Shown piece by piece: positions 8,768 through 16,938 of a stretch of 64,000 nucleotides of DNA. This stretch comes from a virus (lineage: Duplodnaviria; Heunggongvirae; Uroviricota; Caudoviricetes). Position 1 is the stretch's first letter. Each line of letters opens with the position of its first letter. A model generated the notes under the pieces. That model was not told the DNA's origin. It saw nothing but the letters and a program-made list of their open reading frames with translations, and did no database searches. Location: IMG/VR virus record IMGVR_UViG_3300048503_000086; one strand, given 5' to 3'. The translations under genes were made by a program, and so were the position numbers.

Positions 8768-9029
8768 GGGTGCGTTCTCTTGAGGCGGTGAAGGACAAAG
8801 TAATAACAGGGATGAGTTCGTCAGACCCGACGAATTCGTCCTCGTCCCTGTAGCTGATGGTCAGGGCAAGACCGGTATCATCCAAGTGGTTCACAGCAGC
8901 CAGCAGCTTCTCGAAAGCCCTTACGAAGTGCTCGGGTGCCAGTTTGGACGTGCGGAGTCGTTCCAGGGCGGCGGGAAGGATCGTCTTCGGGTGCCTCTGT
9001 TGGTCAGTAGTGATACTCGCGTCCGTCAT
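8646..9029 (-). CDS. Hypothetical protein (127 aa). Its 3' end overlaps 8114-8767 by about 120 nt in another frame.
   Basis: GAGGGA ribosome-binding site at the start. The acidic C-terminal tail may be off-frame. Confidence 0.45.
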   Translation of the reverse strand: MTDASITTDQQRHPKTILPAALERLRTSKLAPEHFVRAFEKLLAAVNHLDDTGLALTISYRDEDEFVGSDELIPVITLSFTASRERTHEEDAQNGAQVNAQDGNVNVEVRFGRLPEDTPPEESRGSA

Positions 9030-9216
9030 ACCGTCCCTCGCTGTGGCAAGCGTGCCTCGTTGTGCAAATCAGGATGGCGATAAGCGGCCAGACGAAAAGC
9101 GACGGCACCAGGTTCTCGTACCACTCGGTCTTGTAGGTGGCGAACATCGCGTCCGCCTTAACGGTGACGGCGGCACCAATGATCCAAAGGCAGAGCAGGG
9201 CAATGAGCAGGTACAT
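9004..9216 (-). CDS. Small membrane protein (2 TM helices)
   Basis: MYLLIALLCLWIIGAAVTV... Confidence 0.3.
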   Translation of the reverse strand: MYLLIALLCLWIIGAAVTVKADAMFATYKTEWYENLVPSLFVWPLIAILICTTRHACHSEGRYDGREYHY

Positions 9217-9219
9217 GGT

Positions 9220-10221
9220 TCACCATTTCTTCGTGCGGACGCATTCCGCAAAAAAGTCCTCCTTCACCGATCCATCCGACATGAGGCCGCCGGCCATGTT
9301 GTCGAGTACCTCACAACGGGACCGACTTTCTTCGGGGGTCATGTCGGTAAAGACATGGCCGCTGGTAATGGCGGTCCAGCACTGGGCGACCCGCTTCACG
9401 AGGGATTCCTGATGGGCCTTGCTCACGCGACCGCGGTGGTTTGCCACGCGGAGCAGCGGCCTCACGTCGGGGCCCATGTACTTGGCGACGATCTCGTCGA
9501 TCATCAGGACGACGTTCTCATCGCCCACGGCCTCGCCCAAAAGCCAGCCGTAGAGGCAGAGCTGATCGGCGTACTCGTTGTTGCACCCCTCCATGTAGCC
9601 GGAGTTGATTAACAGGCCGTGGTAGTTCATGCCCAGGAAGTTGGCGTGCTCCTTGCAATGGCTGCGGCTCGGCTTGTCAAACAAGTAGCCATCGCGGCAG
9701 AGCATATAGCCCTTGGACGGGCTCGCCCCATACTTGGAGCAGTAGCCGTGGACTTTCCAGTCGAGGATGACGTGGATCGGTCCGTCGCCCAGATCGAGTA
9801 CGAAGCGGCAGTCCGGCTTGCCCAGGAAGGGAGCGCCGCCGATGAGCCCCTCGACCTTGAACTCGAAGCGTGGCGGCTCGATGCTTCTCTGCAAAAGGAC
9901 AAACAACTCCTCGTAGGCCCCGGTCAGCTTGTAGCACTTCCAGATATGCTTGCCGGCCTTCAGGGCGAAGTCGCGGCACTGCGGCTCGACCTGGCTCTCG
10001 AAGATCGTGCCGAACTCGAATTGCGGATTGCTGCTCACGCCGAACAGTTGCGAGTGCAGGGCGGCCTTGACGAAGGCGTCGAAGGCAGACCCTACGGCCA
10101 TCGGCGGCTCCTGTGGCAGGCGCGGTGCGGCCTTGTCCGCCAGGTAGCGCATGTAGAACTCCTCGATGTCCTTCTCGAAGAGGCTGAGGGACGAGTAGCT
10201 GAGGGATCTGGGTGTCTTCAT
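9220..10221 (-). CDS. PD-(D/E)XK-like nuclease (RecB/Cas4-like fold, putative)
   Basis: LDLGDGPIHVILDWKVHGY (D...D/E-x-K pattern); several conserved Cys; 333 aa. Confidence 0.45.
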   Translation of the reverse strand: MKTPRSLSYSSLSLFEKDIEEFYMRYLADKAAPRLPQEPPMAVGSAFDAFVKAALHSQLFGVSSNPQFEFGTIFESQVEPQCRDFALKAGKHIWKCYKLTGAYEELFVLLQRSIEPPRFEFKVEGLIGGAPFLGKPDCRFVLDLGDGPIHVILDWKVHGYCSKYGASPSKGYMLCRDGYLFDKPSRSHCKEHANFLGMNYHGLLINSGYMEGCNNEYADQLCLYGWLLGEAVGDENVVLMIDEIVAKYMGPDVRPLLRVANHRGRVSKAHQESLVKRVAQCWTAITSGHVFTDMTPEESRSRCEVLDNMAGGLMSDGSVKEDFFAECVRTKKW

Positions 10222-10224
10222 GGG

Positions 10225-10644
10225 TCAGGTCCAGAGCAGGCCCCGCAGGGCGATCAGTTTGTGGAGCATCTTGGTGTCGGTCTCGTAGTCGTCAAACTGG
10301 TCGTCGTTCTTACGCTGCCGCCACCAGGAATAGAGCGCCCGCAACTCCTGCCACTCGGTCGCTCGACGGCGGGCCTCTCCTTCGCCACAGTCCAGGTAAA
10401 GCGTGTAAACGTCCTGATGGAAGTGACCTTCTTCCTGGGTCACAAAGTCTTCAAGGATCTGGAAGGCCGCGTAGAGCAGCAGGTGGTCACGGTCGCACCA
10501 GGTCGGCCCCAGGGATTGGCAGACCACGACGTTGTAGCGGTGCCAGAGGCGGCATGTGAGCCAGTACCAGCGGTCGCGCAGCCAGCGCCGGGCGTCTCCC
10601 AACCGCCGCCAAGGGCTCCGCTTTCGCTTTTGTTGCTTGCTCAT
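10225..10644 (-). CDS. Trp-rich hypothetical protein
   Basis: 139 aa. Confidence 0.5.
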   Translation of the reverse strand: MSKQQKRKRSPWRRLGDARRWLRDRWYWLTCRLWHRYNVVVCQSLGPTWCDRDHLLLYAAFQILEDFVTQEEGHFHQDVYTLYLDCGEGEARRRATEWQELRALYSWWRQRKNDDQFDDYETDTKMLHKLIALRGLLWT

Positions 10645-10958
10645 GGCTTGTTGGGAGGTTTGGATGCGATCCCGGAGTCGGGCCTGGACTCGGGTTCAGC
10701 CGGCGGCTTGACCTTGGGCTCGACCGGCTTGATCTCGGGCTCGATTGGCTCGATCCTGGGCTCGGCCGGCGGCAGCGGCGCTGGCTCCGTGTCAGGCGGC
10801 AGCGGGAGCCGCAGTACCTCCCAGTTACCCGTGGTCGAAGGTGGCTGTGGAGCCGGTCGAATGGCCGGCTTGCCCATGACAATGGCCGCTGCGATCAAGG
10901 CCGACATCGCCATGAGGCCGAGCAGGATGCTGAGGGGGTTGTCGTTGTTCCGGTTCAT
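10641..10958 (-). CDS. Membrane-anchored protein with a Pro/Glu-rich repeat tail
   Basis: Internal ATG at 10958: MNRNNDNPLSILLGLMAMSALIAAAIV then EPRIEPIEPEIKPVEPKVKPPAEPE. The sequence upstream of this ATG is RG-rich off-frame translation. Confidence 0.5.
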   Translation of the reverse strand: MNRNNDNPLSILLGLMAMSALIAAAIVMGKPAIRPAPQPPSTTGNWEVLRLPLPPDTEPAPLPPAEPRIEPIEPEIKPVEPKVKPPAEPESRPDSGIASKPPNKP

Positions 10959-11602
10959 GTTGGCATTCCAGGTGGTGAGAAGATTCCCGTGAAGGCGGTG
11001 GCGTCCGACCAGAACTCTTTGAGGTGCGGAAGCCCGACTTTCAGGATGCAGCAGCCGCGGAGCCAGTTGAGGAGACCCTCGGGCGTGAGAACGTGGGGGT
11101 GGCAGTCGTCCGCCGGGATGTAGAGCCACTCGAAGATGCGCAGGACGCCGTGGGGCGAGACGCAGGCGACAGCATTGGCTACGACCTTGGCCGGGTCCTG
11201 GACGTGCTGGAGCACGTTGTACAGCCACACCTCGTCGAACAGGGCGTTGCCGAGGTGTTGGCTGCCCAGGGCCTCGCCCGGGGCCTGGATAAACTCGATC
11301 TTGTAGTTGGCGTATCGCCTGTGAACTGAAGGCGGCCATTCGCAGGGGTCCGCCACAACCAACCGCTTCGCACCAATGCAACGGAGCGTCATGCTGATAG
11401 GCCCTCCGCCTACGTCCAGGACGGTCTTGCCCGGCATATACAGCTCACCATTGAGTGTGCCGTAGTCCTCGAACAGTCTCATTTCGCGGCCGTACATTTC
11501 GCCTTTGCAGAACTCGCCCCAGGCCGTCATTCCCTGGCAAGTTCCCCAGTATTGCTTCTCGTGTTTCTGGGCTTCTTGCCAGCGGGTATTGGATTCAGCC
11601 AT
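10955..11602 (-). CDS. Class I SAM-dependent methyltransferase (substrate unknown)
   Basis: VLDVGGGPISMT (SAM-binding motif I). GGAGAA ribosome-binding site. Confidence 0.7.
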   Translation of the reverse strand: MAESNTRWQEAQKHEKQYWGTCQGMTAWGEFCKGEMYGREMRLFEDYGTLNGELYMPGKTVLDVGGGPISMTLRCIGAKRLVVADPCEWPPSVHRRYANYKIEFIQAPGEALGSQHLGNALFDEVWLYNVLQHVQDPAKVVANAVACVSPHGVLRIFEWLYIPADDCHPHVLTPEGLLNWLRGCCILKVGLPHLKEFWSDATAFTGIFSPPGMPT

Positions 11603-12072
11603 GCGAATTCTCCATGATGTTCGAGTGCTAACTTGTTGTAGGCTTTCGTAGCCTCGACAATGGTGTGGAAGCGACGCGACTTATAACGCCTCCCCCTTGC
11701 CATAAGTTCTGCCCGATACCGGCCTGTGAATGCCTCAAAGTAGACACCTTTTGGCCCGGCTTTATTGTTGCGGTTTGGTCCACGGTTGGATTGGTTCTCG
11801 AATCCGTCTGCCAAGCGCAGGTTAGATCGTCGGTCGTCTAGGCCATTACCGTCCCTATGGTCATAATGGCCTGGCACCATGCCTGCTCGACGCGCGACCT
11901 CTTGATGGATGAAGACAGTCCTCTTGTGGCCGGTCGAATAGTCTGTTCGGCCGCCATAAAACAGGCCCTTATCTCGTGAGCGCGCAGCGTGCCACCTCCA
12001 CCGCATCAGGTACTCGTAGTCCTGATCGTCTACCAGGGCCTCCTTGCCTTGTGTGAGCGGGATACGCTTCAT
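11527..12072 (-). CDS. HNH homing endonuclease with AP2 DNA-binding domain
   Basis: IPLTQGKEALVDDQDYEYL...HRDGNGLDDRRSNLRL, then GVYFEAFTGRYRAEL (AP2-like). Confidence 0.8.
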   Translation of the reverse strand: MKRIPLTQGKEALVDDQDYEYLMRWRWHAARSRDKGLFYGGRTDYSTGHKRTVFIHQEVARRAGMVPGHYDHRDGNGLDDRRSNLRLADGFENQSNRGPNRNNKAGPKGVYFEAFTGRYRAELMARGRRYKSRRFHTIVEATKAYNKLALEHHGEFAWLNPIPAGKKPRNTRSNTGELARE

Positions 12073-12539
12073 CGACCCTGGACCCCGTCGCTACCACTGA
12101 AGTCATAGGAGCCGCACGGTCCCGGCGGCTCGACGACCGGCTCGGCCCGCCCTTGGTGTCCGCTCGTGCCCTCCCCGGCGCGCATATCATTGGAGCCGGT
12201 CTCCCCGGTCAGGCTGGCGGCGACGATGGCCTGGGCGAGACTGTCGGTGGCGGCAGCGGCAGTACCGGCTGCGGCATTGACGGCGGCGAACTTTGCGGCG
12301 ACGGCGGCCGTCACCGGCTGCCGCTCTCCGAAGTGCCCCAGAATCTTGGCGGCAACGACCTGCTCGCGGAGGGCCGGCGGCATGTCCTCCAGCGCCTGGA
12401 TCTTCTTCAGGCAGCAGCGTTTGGCCTTCTTGCCGGAGCCACAGGGACAAGGATCGTTCCGGCCGACGTAAATCGACCCCTGTGCCGAAGCCCTCTTCCG
12501 TTTTGCCGCGACGAGTCGCTTCCTGGTCTTGGTGCTCAT
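12069..12539 (-). CDS. SEC-C metal-binding motif protein
   Basis: NDPCPCGSGKKAKRCC. Internal ATG at 12539 overlaps the upstream stop (ATGA). Confidence 0.6.
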   Translation of the reverse strand: MSTKTRKRLVAAKRKRASAQGSIYVGRNDPCPCGSGKKAKRCCLKKIQALEDMPPALREQVVAAKILGHFGERQPVTAAVAAKFAAVNAAAGTAAAATDSLAQAIVAASLTGETGSNDMRAGEGTSGHQGRAEPVVEPPGPCGSYDFSGSDGVQGR

Positions 12540-12757
12540 GGTCGTCGAGCCTTTCCAAAGGGGATTTGATGCCACAGTCGTTCGTGGAAGTAGAACAGGA
12601 TCAGCTTCACGATGAAGCAGATGAGGGTGAACACGGCACAGCCGCCCACGTTGCCAAACATGGCGAAAGCCAAGGCGAAGCAGACAAGGTTGCTGAAAGT
12701 TTCCCAAGTCAGTGCCTTGGCGACGGTACGCTTTGGTGCGCTAGGGTCGGGCTTCAT
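12536..12757 (-). CDS. Small membrane protein (2 TM helices)
   Basis: MKPDPSAPKRTVAKALTWETFSNLVCFALAFAMFGNVGGCAVFTLICFIV. GAGGGAAG ribosome-binding site. Confidence 0.5.
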   Translation of the reverse strand: MKPDPSAPKRTVAKALTWETFSNLVCFALAFAMFGNVGGCAVFTLICFIVKLILFYFHERLWHQIPFGKARRP

Positions 12758-13374
12758 TTCTTCCCTCGCTTCACGGCTCGCTTGGTAGCCAGGGGCTTCT
12801 TCCGGCCGATGTACCGGCTTGCGGACTCGACGCAAGGTTTTCCCATCCAGTTGAAGAAGTACCAGCGGTTGAGCCGGTCGATCACCGGGTCGTGGTCGAT
12901 GTGCCGCAGGTAGGTCTTCACTTCGTCCCACGTCGAGAAGATCATCTCGAAGGGGAGCGTGCCGAAGAGCCAATCCGGGCAGTTCTCGATGCCCTGAGCC
13001 ACGCGAACGAGGATGGGCTTCTTTTCCCGGTTGGCCAGGAACAACTCTTCGTAGGTGCCCGTTGCGTGAACTTGCAGGTCGATGTTCACGATCAGGAAGT
13101 CGGCCACGTCCACCATCCGCAGATCGACCGGGCGAATCTGCTTCATCTGGTTGCGGACGAACTCGAAGTCGCCGGATCGCTTCGCCTTGTGGCGCAGTTC
13201 GCGGTTTTCCAGGTCTTCGACGCCGATGTCGATGGGCTTTCGGCACGGGTCGAGCCAGAGGATGTTCAGGTCGCTCAACGAGTCGATCAGGTCTTGACGC
13301 CAGCCGATGCCGCCGTCAATCACGCGGTCCATTGCCCCGCACAGGTAGCCCCGGTTCAGGGCCAGCCGGTTCAT
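12754..13374 (-). CDS. Nucleoside 2-deoxyribosyltransferase-like protein
   Basis: MNRLALNRGYLCGAMD...HATGTYEELFLA resembles the deoxyribosyltransferase fold (P-loop-like N-terminus, catalytic Glu). Internal ATG at 13374. Confidence 0.45.
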   Translation of the reverse strand: MNRLALNRGYLCGAMDRVIDGGIGWRQDLIDSLSDLNILWLDPCRKPIDIGVEDLENRELRHKAKRSGDFEFVRNQMKQIRPVDLRMVDVADFLIVNIDLQVHATGTYEELFLANREKKPILVRVAQGIENCPDWLFGTLPFEMIFSTWDEVKTYLRHIDHDPVIDRLNRWYFFNWMGKPCVESASRYIGRKKPLATKRAVKRGKK

Positions 13375-13400
13375 GGCGGGCTTTCTCACGGCCTGTTTCT

Positions 13401-14096
13401 TCACGGGAGCAATTCCTGGAACTTGGACGAGCCGATGCGAGTGCAACCCATGTCCAGGTAACGGACTGCATCAGCGTGAGTGTTGATCCCGCCGCTGGCC
13501 TTGACTCCGCACCGATATTCGCCCCCTACGGCGTCGAGCATGATCTGCACCACGTCTGGGGTTGCTCCGTGCGGGGCGAAGCCGGTCGAGGTCTTGATGT
13601 AATCCACGCCGCAATCAGCGCACAGGCGGGAGGCGTCCCTGATCTGGGTCGGCGTGTAATAGCAAGTCTCCAAAATGGCTTTGACGATCGCCCCTCGCGG
13701 GCGGGCCTCGGCGACGATGCGGGTCAACTCCGTTCTTATTGGGCCCGGGTCGCCATCCAGGAGCCGGCCGTAGTTGACCACTACGTCGATCTCCTTCGCC
13801 CCGGAACCCATTGCCTCCACGGCCTCCACCGTCTTGGTAAACGGAGTGGTGTTGCCGTGCGGGAAACCGACAACAGCACACACTCGGTCCGTATAAAGAG
13901 TTGCAAAAGAGACAAAACTGGTTGGGACGCAGACGGATTTTATTCCGTAGCGGCTCACCATCTCGCAGGCTGCGCGCACCTCGGCCGCCGTTGCGGTGGG
14001 CTTCAACACTGCCAGGTCCAGGGAATCGGCAATGCGCTTTACAGCGGTTGAGCGGTCGTCGGGTGTGGCTTCAGGCTTGATCTGACTGTTGTTCAT
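13401..14096 (-). CDS. deoC: Deoxyribose-phosphate aldolase
   Basis: Motifs GFPHG, EIDVVVNY, VKAILETC, VKASGGI. Aligns along its full length to class I DeoC enzymes of about 220 aa. Confidence 0.85.
   Translation of the reverse strand: MNNSQIKPEATPDDRSTAVKRIADSLDLAVLKPTATAAEVRAACEMVSRYGIKSVCVPTSFVSFATLYTDRVCAVVGFPHGNTTPFTKTVEAVEAMGSGAKEIDVVVNYGRLLDGDPGPIRTELTRIVAEARPRGAIVKAILETCYYTPTQIRDASRLCADCGVDYIKTSTGFAPHGATPDVVQIMLDAVGGEYRCGVKASGGINTHADAVRYLDMGCTRIGSSKFQELLP
13896..13926 (-). promoter_or_regulatory. Copy 3 of the conserved motif, embedded in-frame inside deoC
   Basis: aAAGAGTTGCaaaagagacaaaaCTGGTTggg. Encodes ...PTSFVSFATLYT... in a variable DeoC loop. Confidence 0.45.
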
Positions 14097-14165
14097 TGCC
14101 GTTGGCAGTGGTGTTGGTTGACCTCAAAGCCGAGAAGCTGGTTACGCTTGGTCATGGCTGCGGTC

Positions 14166-14924
14166 TCAGAAGTTGGTGAAGAGAATCTCGACCTTGTTGC
14201 TGCACTCGCCCCGGCGCTCGCAGGCTCCCCGACGGGGTGTGTCCCGCGCGATCCGGTTCCAATGTGGGTAGCAACACGCAGCCGCTAGCGACTCGGACAC
14301 GATCACCTTGGCACTGGCCGAGTTCAGCAATTCGACCATTGCCGGATAGTCAACGCGGTAGCGGTACTCGTCCTCGTGGCCCACGTAGGGTGGATCGACG
14401 TAGATCAGGGCCTCGGAGTCGTTGTAGACCCGCTGGATTGCGGCCAGTGCGTCCTCGTGCAGCAGCGCGACCCCGCGCATCCGGTTGGCGGCCGGGAGCA
14501 CCCGTTGGAACCAATCGGCCCAGACTTCCTGCTTCGGCTTGTGCGGGGCCGGGCACTTGTCCAGCGACCATGTGGAAGAATTGCCATTGCCGCAGTAGAA
14601 CTGTGCGCCCTGCGCCATCAGCAGCACCGCCTGGTCGATGTCGCCCACTGGCCGCTGCCGCCAGTTGGCGGCCGTATAGGGCGTGGCCCACAACAGCGCC
14701 GCCAGTTGCTCGGGTTGCGATTTGATGGCCCGCCACATGCCCATGACCACCTCGTCCAGATCGTTAACGATCTCAACGAATGACCGCGGCTTGGCCAACA
14801 GCACGGCGGCCGAGGCGCAGCACGGCTCCATGTAAACCCGGTGCTGCGGGAAGTGGGAGACGATCCACTTGGCGATGGACGCCTTGCCGCCATATTGGCG
14901 ATAGGTGATCTTGGGCGTGGCCAT
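14166..14924 (-). CDS. dam: Dam-family (alpha-class) DNA adenine methyltransferase
   Basis: N-terminal YGGK motif and IYVDPPYVG (DPPY). Confidence 0.85.
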   Translation of the reverse strand: MATPKITYRQYGGKASIAKWIVSHFPQHRVYMEPCCASAAVLLAKPRSFVEIVNDLDEVVMGMWRAIKSQPEQLAALLWATPYTAANWRQRPVGDIDQAVLLMAQGAQFYCGNGNSSTWSLDKCPAPHKPKQEVWADWFQRVLPAANRMRGVALLHEDALAAIQRVYNDSEALIYVDPPYVGHEDEYRYRVDYPAMVELLNSASAKVIVSESLAAACCYPHWNRIARDTPRRGACERRGECSNKVEILFTNF

Positions 14925-15307
14925 CAGTCTTCGTCGCCCTCTTCCTTGGCAACGATGTCTAATGCCTCCCCCATCAGGTACTCGGCCGCCAGGGCTCCGG
15001 CCTTCTCGACGAGGACGGCGGCCCAGTGGACGATCAAAGGCTGGTCGTCGTTCAGCTTGGCCTCCTCCAAAGTGACCAGGGCTTCCAGGACCAACTTGCC
15101 TTTCTTGGTGAGATGGCCGTCATCCAGGGCGTGGGCGTCGTTTTCCTCTTCCTGGAGGGTCAGGATATTCTCCAGGGTGGCCTCAAGCTGGGCGTCCTGT
15201 GACTCCGTGGCAGCGGCCCCGCAGCCGTTACGTTGCTTCATTGCCTCCAAGAGTCCCTGGGCCTTCGTCCAAAGCTGGATCACTTCGCGTAAGGTCGCTT
15301 TATTCAT
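14924..15307 (-). CDS. Acidic hypothetical protein
   Basis: Internal ATG at 15307: MNKATLREVIQLWTKAQ... Its stop and the Dam start overlap (TGATG). Confidence 0.5.
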   Translation of the reverse strand: MNKATLREVIQLWTKAQGLLEAMKQRNGCGAAATESQDAQLEATLENILTLQEEENDAHALDDGHLTKKGKLVLEALVTLEEAKLNDDQPLIVHWAAVLVEKAGALAAEYLMGEALDIVAKEEGDED

Positions 15308-15893
15308 GGCTCGCCTCAAAGGTGAAAGTGGAGTCGATCTGGTTTCCCCATTGATCCCAGCCTGGCCGCGGCCTGCGGGCAAACAGTTCCAGGTAAGGCC
15401 CGGGGCTCTGCTCTTCGATCAGGTCGTAGAAGAAATCGGGCTTGACGCTGTGCGGTGCCCGCGGCAACAAGTAGGCTGTCGGCCGGCACGGGCCCGCCAG
15501 ACGCAGGCTTCCACGCACTGCGAACAGAAGATGCTCTGTCGCACTGCGGTAGTAGTAGCCGGTCTTCATCGACGGGCTGCCGTCCGCCTTCACCTTCACC
15601 CAGGTCAGCACCGTCTTGGGAACAAAGCCCCAGGCCCCTACAATCTCATGTGCTTCAACCAGGAACGAGTTGGTGGTCCACAGGTACAGGTGGGCGGCAT
15701 TTACTGCCGCCTCTCGCACCGGCAGGGCTTCGATCTCGCGGATGGACATGCTGCCGTAGCGGCCGGCAGAACTCACCGAGCCGGTCACTTTGTTCCAACT
15801 ATTCGGCCGATGGCCTGGAGCAGCCCGTGGACCGTCCACGTTGTCGTAGGGCCACGGCGGGTCGGCGTAGATGGTGCTATACATGGTGGCCAT
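15300..15893 (-). CDS. MT-A70 family N6-adenine methyltransferase
   Basis: IYADPPWPY (DPPW motif). Internal ATG about 15893. Confidence 0.8.
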   Translation of the reverse strand: MATMYSTIYADPPWPYDNVDGPRAAPGHRPNSWNKVTGSVSSAGRYGSMSIREIEALPVREAAVNAAHLYLWTTNSFLVEAHEIVGAWGFVPKTVLTWVKVKADGSPSMKTGYYYRSATEHLLFAVRGSLRLAGPCRPTAYLLPRAPHSVKPDFFYDLIEEQSPGPYLELFARRPRPGWDQWGNQIDSTFTFEASHE

Positions 15894-15894
15894 G

Positions 15895-16125
15895 TCAAAG
15901 TTGCATCGCGCTCTTGTAGTAGCAGGCAGGGCACAGGACAACCGGCGTGTCATCGTCAGCGATGTTGGCGTCAAAGGGATCGGCAATCGGGATGGCATCG
16001 ACGCCAATTAGCAGGGCTCCGCAGTCCCGGCAGCAGCCCTCCAGGTCGCGGAGGTCGATCCAAACGCAGCGGAAGGCCGCCGGATCGGCTTCGTACCCCA
16101 GGTAGGCCAGCTCGCCCTTTTCCAC
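15895..16125 (-). CDS. Small zinc-ribbon protein (paralog A)
   Basis: GTG start preceded by AGGAGG. GCCRDCG...CPAC. Paralogous to 16127-16375. Confidence 0.5.
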   Translation of the reverse strand: MEKGELAYLGYEADPAAFRCVWIDLRDLEGCCRDCGALLIGVDAIPIADPFDANIADDDTPVVLCPACYYKSAMQL

Positions 16126-16126
16126 G

Positions 16127-16375
16127 TCAGACCTCCTGGTTGCTGGCCTCGCGGCAGGTCTTGCACTGGACGATCTTGGTGCTGATGCCCTTGATCTCGC
16201 TGTCGTAAGGGTCAGCGGCCGGCAGGGCGTCGGTGCCCTGCAACACTTTTCCGCAGTCGCGGCAACAGCCCACAAGCTGCTGGAGGTCGTAGGTCTTGCG
16301 ATGGAATGTTGCTGGGTTGACGCAATGGCCCTTGTAGACCAATTGGCCGGGCTTCAGCGGGGTCGTCTTGGTCAT
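16127..16375 (-). CDS. Small zinc-ribbon protein (paralog B)
   Basis: VGCCRDCGKVLQG...CKTC. ATGA overlap with the upstream gene. Confidence 0.55.
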   Translation of the reverse strand: MTKTTPLKPGQLVYKGHCVNPATFHRKTYDLQQLVGCCRDCGKVLQGTDALPAADPYDSEIKGISTKIVQCKTCREASNQEV

Positions 16376-16409
16376 GGCTGGTAAAAGGACTTGATCCGCG
16401 GCGTCATGG

Positions 16410-16583
16410 TTACCTCACGATCCAGTGGTAGCAGTTGACCGGCCAACTCAAGGCCCACATCAGTTGATCGGGCGTGAGCCTGTGGTGGACCTGTTCCAGG
16501 GCCATCACCAGGGCAAACGCGCCACCGGCCCAAAAGATCAGGGTGTTGGTTATCAGGGCCAGGGTGAAGGAGATCAGTCGCAT
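16410..16583 (-). CDS. Small membrane protein (57 aa)
   Basis: Hand translation: MRLISFTLALITNTLIFWAGGAFALVMALEQV... GGGAGAA ribosome-binding site. Preferred over the junk-like track ORF 16372-16641. Confidence 0.35.
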   Translation of the reverse strand: MRLISFTLALITNTLIFWAGGAFALVMALEQVHHRLTPDQLMWALSWPVNCYHWIVR

Positions 16584-16747
16584 GGTTCTCCCGCCTCGCG
16601 GCGGTCCTTGTGTTGAAGATGTTGACGGACTTGCTTTGCACCCTTCCGCTTCAGCCGCTTGCCAATGCCTCGGCGCACGTTATGACAGCGGCTATCGGTA
16701 TCTTGCGTGCGGGCCGTGGCCATGATTTCGGCACGTTTCGTATCCAT
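16574..16747 (-). CDS. Small basic protein (57 aa)
   Basis: MDTKRAEIMATARTQ... AGGGA ribosome-binding site. Lies just downstream of motif copy 4. Confidence 0.35.
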   Translation of the reverse strand: MDTKRAEIMATARTQDTDSRCHNVRRGIGKRLKRKGAKQVRQHLQHKDRREAGEPCD

Positions 16748-16766
16748 GCCACATCCCTGCCCAATA

Positions 16767-16797
16767 AAGAGTTGCAAAACACGGTTAACTGGTTTTC
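16767..16797 (-). promoter_or_regulatory. Copy 4 of the conserved motif
   Basis: aAAGAGTTGCaaaacacggttaaCTGGTTttc, about 20 nt upstream of the ATG at 16747. Confidence 0.5.
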
Positions 16798-16938
16798 AGC
16801 GGCTTGCGAATTCTCACTGCCTTGTAGCTGTCGTACAGAACGCCCCCTTCAGCGAGCAGTGCTGTAACGCTCGGGCATTTTCCTTGCCGTAGGCCAGTAA
16901 CACCGATGGGCCGCCGGCGTTGCCCTTGCCTGTCTTCG

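Noticed and set aside
9619-10992. Long plus-strand ORFs of 450-1075 aa at 9619-10992, 14841-16208, 19200-20621, 25910-28015 and 51046-54273
   Set aside because: They run antisense to well-supported minus-strand genes (polA, the tail protein, the methyltransferases). The translations are R/G/A/P-rich and low-complexity, which is typical of stop-codon-poor off-frames in DNA of about 62% GC.
16372-16641. 89-aa ORF ending in an ATGA overlap with the downstream gene
   Set aside because: The sequence is low-complexity. A 57-aa TM protein with a GGGAGAA ribosome-binding site in another frame (16410-16583) explains the region better. Confidence is low either way.
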